A program made the translations under genes and the position numbers. Shown here one piece after another: positions 28,425 through 36,049 of a stretch of DNA of 64,000 bases. The stretch's first letter is position 1. Each line of letters begins with the position of its first letter. Below the pieces are notes generated by a model. It searched no databases. It saw only the letters and a list, made by a program, of their open reading frames with translations, and was not told the DNA's origin. Source of the stretch: Candidatus Zhuqueibacterota bacterium (GTDB taxonomy: Bacteria > Zhuqueibacterota > Zhuqueibacteria > Oceanimicrobiales > Oceanimicrobiaceae); NCBI GenBank assembly GCA_029262005.1, contig JAJDAG010000150.1, positions 20,248-84,247 of the forward strand, given 5' to 3'.

Positions 28425-29576
28425 TTATAACGCCACGGCTTTGCCGCTTTTTCCAGATTCGAGTGCGGCGGTCAGGATCTTATGCTGCAACTGTGTCTCC
28501 TCCGGCGTGATACAACCAAAATACATGTCAGTATCTCGTTTTATAAATTCATCGATGACAGCAGCCCACATCTGCAAGATCGCGTCGGTGAAGCCAAATT
28601 CGAAGATCGGGCCGGTTATGGTTTTGTAAGCTGAGTTATAACCGAGGTCCCGATACCGCCACTCTTGCAAGCCACCATTTTTGTAATGCATGGTCTGGAG
28701 GGTTTTAGGAAATTTTGTGCTGAATTTTGCGCTGAAATCTGTACCGATTACTTCGATGTACCATGTATCGGTTTCCCCCGGCGCGATGCGATAGGTTTTA
28801 AGGGTCATGGGGAACGAGTAACCTTCGGTTGGGTGCACGACGTCGCAAATGATCGTCCCATTGTCCCAGGTCTCACACGCATCCATGCCACCCGTGCCAT
28901 TCGGCCTCTCTGTGACAACTTGTGAGAGTGTGGCGTAGACTCTTCCGGGGAGCCATCGAGCCCGAAGTGGAATGTGCATGGCATGCATGCCGAGATCACT
29001 CAAGCAGCCGTATTCGCCGTTGATTTCAACCATTCGTTTCCAGTTGATCGGCTTGTCAAAGTCGAGATCAGAAGAATGCAGAAAGCCGCTGTGCACTTCA
29101 ATGATTCGTCCCCAGGGATCATCTAAAATATATTGTTGAATTTGATGTCCGCCCGGGAAAAAAGGGAATTCAGAAGAACAGCGAACGAAGATATCCGGAT
29201 GAGCCTTTACTACATCGACAATTCTCCTGTTTGCCTCGATATCGATACCAAATGGCTTCTCGCCAAGGAGATGTTTTCCTGCCCGGATAATATCTGTATA
29301 AACTTTCTCATGCAAATTGTGCGGTATGGCACAATAGATTACTTCGATATCCTTGTCAGAAAGTAAATCTTCATAATTCGTCGTGCAGGTTTTTATGGAG
29401 GCAAAGTTACTTTTGTACCAATCGAACAAGCCCTCATTCAAATCACAAATTCCAACAAGTTCAGGGGAAGCCTGCATATCCATAAGTGCCGGCCAGCGAG
29501 CGCTTGCAACAGCAAACTCTCGCCCCATCAAACCACAGCCAATCACACCAAACCGAATTTTTCGTTTCGCTGTCAT
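28425..29576 (-). CDS. Gfo/Idh/MocA-family NAD(P) oxidoreductase
   Basis: ORF 28425..29636. Start placed at ATG 29576 (MTAKRKIRFGVIGCGLMGREF), directly before the Rossmann motif. Has EKP motif (LLGEKPF). Confidence 0.85.
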   Translation of the reverse strand: MTAKRKIRFGVIGCGLMGREFAVASARWPALMDMQASPELVGICDLNEGLFDWYKSNFASIKTCTTNYEDLLSDKDIEVIYCAIPHNLHEKVYTDIIRAGKHLLGEKPFGIDIEANRRIVDVVKAHPDIFVRCSSEFPFFPGGHQIQQYILDDPWGRIIEVHSGFLHSSDLDFDKPINWKRMVEINGEYGCLSDLGMHAMHIPLRARWLPGRVYATLSQVVTERPNGTGGMDACETWDNGTIICDVVHPTEGYSFPMTLKTYRIAPGETDTWYIEVIGTDFSAKFSTKFPKTLQTMHYKNGGLQEWRYRDLGYNSAYKTITGPIFEFGFTDAILQMWAAVIDEFIKRDTDMYFGCITPEETQLQHKILTAALESGKSGKAVAL

Positions 29577-29714
29577 GACTAGTTTTGTCCCTTCGTAATT
29601 GAAGATACATGCATTTCCGGCAAATCTCAGTCGCAATAACCTTCATCGATGCAATGACTGATCTCCTGGAAAGCATTCCCGTTCCACATTGGCCTACAAA
29701 GTTATTAAATTCAA

Positions 29715-30548
29715 TTACGGTTGTCTTTGCAGAATCAGCAATGCCTTTTCCACATCCGCACCATCATGCAGAATTGCCATGAGCGCTTTAGTCATGGCCG
29801 GGGGATTCTCATGCTGGATGATATTACGACCATAGACAATCCCCTGTGCGCCTTGCTGAATCAAGTCATACGTGCGCTGCAGAATCTCACTTTCTGGTGC
29901 TTTTCCGCCGCCGCGAGGCAAGACCGGCCGACCTGCAATTTCAATAACACGGTGATATTCCGAGACATCGTCACATGGATCCGCCTTAATGATATCTGCT
30001 CCTAATTCACATGCCTGGCGAACCAGGGGCAGGATTTTGTCAATATCCCCGTCAACCATGTAACCACCCTTTTCTGCGTTTGGCCGCATAACCAACGGTT
30101 CAACCATCAACGGCATCCCGTAGCGATCACACATTGGCTTCAGAACACATATATTCTCGATGCATTGATGTGTAAGTTCAGGCTGATTCGGCAGCATCAG
30201 TAAATTAACGACCACACAGGCTGCATCCAAAACAACAGCCTGTTCAACGGCATCTTCGATAATATGGCTAAAAAGGTATTCCGGCATCTCAGGATTATAG
30301 CAATTGGCAACATCCGTTCTCAGAACCAGCCCGGGTTTACCTTTCCCGGGCATGTTTTGCAATATTTCTGCCTGACCAACGGTAAGCTGAATCGCATCCG
30401 GTTGCGCCGCAACAATTGTTTGTATGGCTTTTTCCATATTTTCGATGCTGCCCAGAAAGGCCTTTTCGTTAAAGAAGCCATGATCTATGGCAACATCCAG
30501 GCATTTGCCCTGCTTACTAAACAGTCTGTTCATGCGGTATTTTTTCAT
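29715..30548 (-). CDS. Class I aldolase (DhnA/FbaB/LsrF-type)
   Basis: 277 aa: DVAIDHG, MVEPL, ADIIKAD (candidate Schiff-base Lys), IVYGRN. Confidence 0.8.
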   Translation of the reverse strand: MKKYRMNRLFSKQGKCLDVAIDHGFFNEKAFLGSIENMEKAIQTIVAAQPDAIQLTVGQAEILQNMPGKGKPGLVLRTDVANCYNPEMPEYLFSHIIEDAVEQAVVLDAACVVVNLLMLPNQPELTHQCIENICVLKPMCDRYGMPLMVEPLVMRPNAEKGGYMVDGDIDKILPLVRQACELGADIIKADPCDDVSEYHRVIEIAGRPVLPRGGGKAPESEILQRTYDLIQQGAQGIVYGRNIIQHENPPAMTKALMAILHDGADVEKALLILQRQP

Positions 30549-30600
30549 CGCTTTTTCTCCCTTTGAACTCTTTTGTCAGTTATGGCTGATTTTAATATCA

Positions 30601-32712
30601 TCACCCCCCGATGTTTAAGATTGTCCACAATACCAAAATGACGATTCCTACCAAACCCCAGGTGCCGAAGAACCCTATATAATCCATTTTTTGTGGCTTA
30701 TGAAACTCCCAATGAGTACGGGGAAAGAGTTTACGCGAGTTAAACTTTGACATGTTGCCGGCATTTTCTTCAATCGTTTTAATGTCGGCTTCGGGAGTCG
30801 CCTGAACCGGAGTGTGAATTTTGGCATAAAAGTAATCAAGTAGTTTATCGCTGGCAGGTCTGGTGAAATAACTTAATACAATAAGCAGAATGAATGGGAA
30901 AATTGCGTCGAATAGAAACCTGACCGTTACTAATTGGGCTTTACTAAAATCTGAAAAATCGGCGCCACATAAACTCAGGATCCACAATTCTGCATTAAAG
31001 CGGCCGTAGCCAATTGATTTCGAGTCTGGATCGCTGGGATTTTCACGGGCAATTTGATCGAAAAAAATAGGATATGATGGAACCATTCTCACCTTTGTAA
31101 TTTTTTGACCGATTTTGGACGCGCGCCCTTGTTCAACATCGGAACTCAAGGCTTTCGCCCTCACCGTAATCTGCCGTTCCTCAACTTGCTTCAGAAAAGG
31201 CGCATGTGCTCTCGCAGAATCCCAGGTTTGAAATACATTGGGAATAATAGCAATGATAAAAAACGAAATTGCTATCTGAATGGCTACTGCAAAGCGACTC
31301 ACTTTTCTCCACACGAATCCAAGCCAGATAGGCGCCCCAAAAATGGCCGGCAAAGATATAAAATATTTAAAGAGTTCCAGCAAATCGGTAATATAGAGGG
31401 CCATACCAATTCCGCCGAAAATGGTAAGAACAATAATGATTCGGCCTACGTTGATGTAATGCTTTTCACCTTTTTCACTCGCCAGCGGTTTGTATACCTG
31501 ATTGACGAACAGGGCTGCAAGAGAAACTGACTGTGCATCCAGTGATGACATATTTGCCGCCAGCACACCGACCATCATAATGCCAATAAACCCGGGACCG
31601 AGCAATTGTTTCGTCATGTAACCCCAAATAAGATCCGGGTCATTTAATTGCCCTGCATAGAGACCTACGGCAATCAAACCAGCCAGAGCCCAAAAAATCA
31701 TCATGAAGCGTTTAAACATCATGCCGCCGATTGTACCGAAACGGGCGGTGCCTTCATCTATGGCGGAGCCACTGACTTGCATGTTGCCCGCCACCGCAAC
31801 AATTGAAACCAGATTGGCTAATGCCATTGCAGCAATGGTGTACCATGCATATTCACTTAACGCCTCCGTGCCAAACAACCAAAACATATGCTCCGGGACC
31901 GCGGCATGCAATCCACTGAAGCCACCAATTGCCACGAGCCCGAACGGAATGAGTAACGCAGAGAAAAAAATCATCAGTACGCCCTGCACCGCATCTGTGA
32001 CCGCGGCTGCAGCAAAGCCGCCAAGCACCACATAAATACACACAAGTCCACCATAAATAAAATAAAAATAGACTGGTTTCACGTATGAAACAAAGGAGCT
32101 TAATTTGCCATGGCTGTCCAGACTTTTCAGTTCCTCAAAGCGATTTTGATCTTCATCGAGGAGGTTGCCCTCCACATACAACTGCTTCATTTCTCGAAAC
32201 TCGTTGTAATTCTCAACACTAACGCGCTCTTCGACAGTGTATTTATTCTCAGGTTTTGGTGTCAGGGCGATAAAAGTCTTTGCCGCGACCATATAACCGA
32301 CGGCGCTACCTATAAGACTTGTAACAATTGTAAAAACGGCAAAAGCGGCCCCCAAGGATCTACTTTCGAATCTTTCAGTGAAAAAATCACCGATCGTCAT
32401 AAGCCGGGAGCGACGAAACAGCATGGTTGTAAACCAATAAAATGGCGTAAGAAATAAGACGATATACTGAATCCACATTCCGGCAATACCCTGGCGATAT
32501 ATTTCGCGCGATACCGCAGCAGCCTGGCTGGCATCGGTGGATGCACCAAAATTCAAGAAAAACTGATACATTTTCCCCATTTTGCGTCCTGCAAGAAAAT
32601 ATTCCTCGGTATTGTCCATTCGATCCCGGAGTCGCTTACCTATCCAAATCATCGCAATAAAATAGGCGATAATTATTGTCACGTCAACCAGATGAAGTCC
32701 CAGAATTTCCAT
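30601..32712 (-). CDS. Sodium:solute symporter (SSS family), unusually long
   Basis: 703 aa with many predicted TM segments. The N-terminal EEYFLAGR motif is typical of SSS. Two long hydrophilic inserts are present. First gene of the operon. Confidence 0.85.
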   Translation of the reverse strand: MEILGLHLVDVTIIIAYFIAMIWIGKRLRDRMDNTEEYFLAGRKMGKMYQFFLNFGASTDASQAAAVSREIYRQGIAGMWIQYIVLFLTPFYWFTTMLFRRSRLMTIGDFFTERFESRSLGAAFAVFTIVTSLIGSAVGYMVAAKTFIALTPKPENKYTVEERVSVENYNEFREMKQLYVEGNLLDEDQNRFEELKSLDSHGKLSSFVSYVKPVYFYFIYGGLVCIYVVLGGFAAAAVTDAVQGVLMIFFSALLIPFGLVAIGGFSGLHAAVPEHMFWLFGTEALSEYAWYTIAAMALANLVSIVAVAGNMQVSGSAIDEGTARFGTIGGMMFKRFMMIFWALAGLIAVGLYAGQLNDPDLIWGYMTKQLLGPGFIGIMMVGVLAANMSSLDAQSVSLAALFVNQVYKPLASEKGEKHYINVGRIIIVLTIFGGIGMALYITDLLELFKYFISLPAIFGAPIWLGFVWRKVSRFAVAIQIAISFFIIAIIPNVFQTWDSARAHAPFLKQVEERQITVRAKALSSDVEQGRASKIGQKITKVRMVPSYPIFFDQIARENPSDPDSKSIGYGRFNAELWILSLCGADFSDFSKAQLVTVRFLFDAIFPFILLIVLSYFTRPASDKLLDYFYAKIHTPVQATPEADIKTIEENAGNMSKFNSRKLFPRTHWEFHKPQKMDYIGFFGTWGLVGIVILVLWTILNIGG

Positions 32713-32832
32713 TCGGATTCCCCTCAGTTATGATGATAAGTGGTGCATTTTGTTGGTTTTCAAATAAGAAATCACCAGCAAGCCCGGCAAAAGCCACTGG
32801 TATTTGCCCATTTGATCCGACGTTTATTAGAT

Positions 32833-32976
32833 TAATTATTGTCTGACCGGAAACTCCCCAATGCAGTCATTCCCGCGATCTTTTGGGCGGGAATCTCCTG
32901 CTTAAATCATGAGATTACAGCATAAAAGAAAACCGGAATGACAAAACTATGCATATTTTCGGTCAGACAATAATTA
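32833..32976. repeat. 144-bp element bounded by a perfect 17-bp inverted repeat, with nested alternative hairpins (MITE-like or structured leader RNA)
   Basis: TAATTATTGTCTGACCG at 32833-32849 and its exact reverse complement at 32960-32976. Internally, GTCATTCCCGC (32866-32876) can pair with GCGGGAAT (32887-32894) or with GGAATGAC (32935-32942). Confidence 0.6.
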
Positions 32977-33355
32977 GAAAATTTTAGAAATTCAGAAAGC
33001 CTTCGTGTGCATTGTCACTGTGACAAAAGGCTGAGGAATGCCATTCCTGGACTTTTTACATTTACCAAATTAATAGCAAAATATTTATGTAATCGCAAGC
33101 TAATTAATTCAAAACTGACATTTTCCCCATGTCTATCTTGCAGATTGTGCCGGCGGATCTGGTCAGAATGGGGTTGCCTGGCCTGGTGAAATGGAAGTAG
33201 CCGGTGAAATCGATCCATCTTCAGATTCCCTGAAACTTACTCTTTTCATCACATGAAATAAGCTTGTTGTTCTGCTAAAAAAATATTGGCACCCCGCGTT
33301 TTGCATGTATATATTTAACAGACTTAAAAGTCCAAAAGAAATAATAAAGAGAATG

Positions 33356-33426
33356 ACCACGAACCACACGAAAGGCACGAAAAAGAGGTGACAATTAACT
33401 TTCGGGTGGTTCGTGTTGTTCGTGGT
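33356..33426. repeat. CACGAA/TTCGTG-rich hairpin, left flank of GxxExxY gene
   Basis: ACCACGAACCACACGAA (33356-33372) pairs with TTCGTGTTGTTCGTGGT (33410-33426) with 1 mismatch in 17. Three CACGAA-type units are followed by three TTCGTG-type units. Confidence 0.6.
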
Positions 33427-33446
33427 TAACAAAAGGGAGGCTGGAA

Positions 33447-33820
33447 ATGTCAGGCATAATCTACAAAGATGAAAGTTATAAAATTCAGGGTGCGATTTTT
33501 ACTGTATAGAGATGGGGCCAGGATTTCTGGAGGCAGTTTATCAGGAATGCCTGGAGAAGGAGATGATACTGCAAAAAATTCCCTTTTTCTCACAAAAAAT
33601 TTTAGAGCTAAAATACAAAGGTGAAAAATTACAGCAAACATACAAGCCTGATTTTGTTTGCGATGATAAAATCATAATTGAACTAAAGGCTGTCAAAAAA
33701 ATCGGTCCAGAGCATAAGGCACAGCTCATAAATTACCTAAAAGTGACCAATTTAAAACTGGGTTTCCTCGTAACTTTTTGTGCGTATCCGAAGGCCGAGA
33801 TTATCAGACTTGTTTTGTAG
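33447..33820 (+). pseudogene. GxxExxY-family (PD-(D/E)XK-like) small protein, apparently frameshifted
   Basis: ATG 33447 gives MSGIIYKDESYKIQGAIFTV then TAG at 33507. The family continues in another frame from about 33509 (E)MGPGFLEAVYQECLEKE..KPDFVCDDKIIIELKAV..QLINYLK. A single missing base after GTATA near 33505 would restore ..FTVYEMGPGF... The ORF track lists only 33512..33820. Confidence 0.6.
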
Positions 33821-33823
33821 AAT

Positions 33824-33881
33824 AACCACGAACCACAAAAAAAACGAAAATACCCTTCGTGTTATTCGTGTCTTTCGTGGC
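33824..33881. repeat. CACGAA/TTCGTG-rich hairpin, right flank of GxxExxY gene
   Basis: AACCACGAACCAC (33824-33836) is followed by TTCGTGTTATTCGTGTCTTTCGTGG (33856-33880). CCACGAA at 33826-33832 pairs with TTCGTGG at 33874-33880. Confidence 0.5.
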
Positions 33882-33924
33882 CCTTGCTTGAAGCCAAGAA
33901 AGATACACAGCACCGCCCCCAATA

Positions 33925-35988
33925 TCACCCCGGCGCCACCCACCGTCCATTTTCCTTGATCAGTCGAATTAATCTGGCATCGGCTTCTGTATCTGCAATA
34001 TTGCGCTCGACACATTCTTTGCCCACGAACAAATTGACAACTCCAGGGCCGGCGCCAACATAACCGAAATCAGCATCCGCCATCTCACCCGGACCGTTGA
34101 CAATACAACCCATAATCGCGATTTTCACGCCCTTCAAATGACTGGTTTTGGATTTGATTCTTTCCGTGGTGGTCTGCAAATCAAACAGCGTACGACCACA
34201 CGATGGACATGAGATGTAGTCTGTTTTAAAAATGCGCACGCGCGTTGCTTGCAAAATATCGTAAGCCAGGGTAAGCACAGGTGCATGCGGTGGGTCAGCC
34301 ACAATATGCACGCTGTCACCGATGCCATCGCAGAGCAGGACGCCGAGTTGGGCCGCAGCATTCAGTGCGCTCGCTTCAAAATCAGGCGAGAAACAATAGC
34401 GCAAGACAATTGGGAAATTGGCCGCAGCTTCATCCAGGCAGTTGGCCAGACAACGGTACGCAGGCACAATCGTGACCGGAAACGCATCTGCAGATAACGA
34501 AAAGAGCATTTGCCCAAGTCCACCTTTCTCACAAACCTGCACAATGATGCGGATGGAATTTTGTAGCAACGCAGTGAAGTCAGTACTTTTTTCAGCAGAT
34601 GTTGCAGCGGGTTTAAACTTCCACTCTAAAAGAGTTCCGGTTGAAATGGCCGCATTGATCGCGCGTTCAATTTGAGCTGGTTCGGGCACTTTTTCTATTT
34701 CAAGCACGAGACGATTTGCAGTCTTGCAGGCAATGTCAATTAAACCACTGGCATGTGGCAGATGCACTGCCAATGGCATGTTGTAACCCTTCCTGCTCCA
34801 GGCTGCCCTGAGCCGTTCAACTTGATTAAACTCAACTTCAGAGTTTGCCGGGATGTGCACGGTCTCAGCTTGCAAAACCTCACCCGGCGGCTGCTCGACC
34901 ATGGACAATGGCCCGGAATCATCTGCCTGTCCAAGCATGGTTGCGATTTCAGCACCTGCTGCTTCTGTTGCTGCTGGTGGTGTTGACAGGGACAACTCTA
35001 CACGCGGGATTTGCTCTCCACCCAGCACATAAAAAGGGGTCTCACATGGCCGGGTCACACGTCGCTGATAAGATGTTGCTTTTACGGAGATGCCATTTTT
35101 TTCACTTGAAGCGCGTGTGTTATAACTTGCCGCCAGTCTCGCCGCGACCGGAATTTCGGCCACAGCATCTTCGGTCAACGAAACGCGGATTGTGTCGCCG
35201 ATACCATCCTCCAGCAGGCCGCCAATGCCCACCGCTGACTTAACCCGGCCTTCAGCGCCATCGCCGGCCTCGGTGACGCCCAGGTGAAACGGGTAATCCA
35301 TCCCTAACGCTTGCATGCGCACAGCCAGCAAGCGATAAGCTTGAATCGCCACGATTGGATTGGATGATTTCATGGACAATATAATTTCGTGGAAATCATA
35401 TTTCCGGCAAATCTCAATAAACTCCACAGCCGACTCAACCATGCCTTCGGCCGTATCGCCAAACCGATTCATGATGCGATCCGAAAGCGAACCGTGGTTT
35501 ACGCCGATGCGCATGGCCCGCTGCAACTGTTTACATTTCAGAACCAGCGGTTTGAATTTTTCATCGATGCGCAGCAATTCCTGCCGGTACTCTTCATCGG
35601 TGTAATCACGCTGCTCAAAACTCTTTTTGTCCGCGTAATTGCCGGGATTAATCCGTACTTTTTCAACGTGCTCAGCCGCTATCAAAGCTGCGTTTGGCGT
35701 AAAATGAATGTCGGCAACCAACGGAACCGTCACGCCACGACGGCGTAATTCATTCTTAATATTTCCAAGATTCTCCGCTTCTTTGATTGAAGGGGCGGTG
35801 ATACGAACAATTTCGCACCCCACCGCAGCCAACTCAGAAACTTCAGCAACCGTAGCAGCCGTGTTCATGGTGTCGGAGATGGTCATCGACTGAATGCGGA
35901 TGGGGTTGTCCCCGCCAACACCAACATTGCCGACCATGACTTCGCGGGTCTTTCTTCGTCGGAAAGAACCCAAATGAGAAATACCCAT
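33925..35988 (-). CDS. ispG: 4-hydroxy-3-methylbut-2-enyl diphosphate synthase, long (insert-containing) form
   Basis: 687 aa: GGDNPIRIQSMT, VADIHF, RINPGN at the N-terminus; C-terminal Fe-S domain (ISCPSCGRT..GCIVNGPGE). A central insert of about 300 aa is present relative to the roughly 370-aa enterobacterial form. Confidence 0.9.
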   Translation of the reverse strand: MGISHLGSFRRRKTREVMVGNVGVGGDNPIRIQSMTISDTMNTAATVAEVSELAAVGCEIVRITAPSIKEAENLGNIKNELRRRGVTVPLVADIHFTPNAALIAAEHVEKVRINPGNYADKKSFEQRDYTDEEYRQELLRIDEKFKPLVLKCKQLQRAMRIGVNHGSLSDRIMNRFGDTAEGMVESAVEFIEICRKYDFHEIILSMKSSNPIVAIQAYRLLAVRMQALGMDYPFHLGVTEAGDGAEGRVKSAVGIGGLLEDGIGDTIRVSLTEDAVAEIPVAARLAASYNTRASSEKNGISVKATSYQRRVTRPCETPFYVLGGEQIPRVELSLSTPPAATEAAGAEIATMLGQADDSGPLSMVEQPPGEVLQAETVHIPANSEVEFNQVERLRAAWSRKGYNMPLAVHLPHASGLIDIACKTANRLVLEIEKVPEPAQIERAINAAISTGTLLEWKFKPAATSAEKSTDFTALLQNSIRIIVQVCEKGGLGQMLFSLSADAFPVTIVPAYRCLANCLDEAAANFPIVLRYCFSPDFEASALNAAAQLGVLLCDGIGDSVHIVADPPHAPVLTLAYDILQATRVRIFKTDYISCPSCGRTLFDLQTTTERIKSKTSHLKGVKIAIMGCIVNGPGEMADADFGYVGAGPGVVNLFVGKECVERNIADTEADARLIRLIKENGRWVAPG

Positions 35989-36049
35989 GTTAAAATTTGT
36001 CGTCTTAGTTTAAGATTCTTATTTATTCAGAAGTTCAGGCAAACGCCCA

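Noticed and set aside
23146-32712. Considered calling the sugar operon a sulfoquinovose (sulfo-EMP-like) pathway
   Set aside because: Only the generic isomerase-kinase-aldolase logic matches. No GH31 sulfoquinovosidase, sulfolactaldehyde reductase/dehydrogenase signature or sulfonate exporter is visible, so the substrate is left open.
32760-32800. Weak TGGCTT-N..-GGGCT sigma54-like string on the minus strand upstream of the SSS operon
   Set aside because: The -12 element is poor (no TTGC), so it is indistinguishable from chance.
33287-33305. TGGCAC ... TTGCA pair that looks like a second sigma54 promoter
   Set aside because: The spacer between the two elements is 8 nt rather than 5 (GG-N13-GC), which is incompatible with sigma54 binding.
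33163-33432. 89-aa minus-strand ORF (also 33752..34015, 87 aa) overlapping the CACGAA hairpins
   Set aside because: The reading frames are created by the repeat units themselves (FVWFVV, VVILQ strings). The second one also overlaps the ispG 3-prime end.
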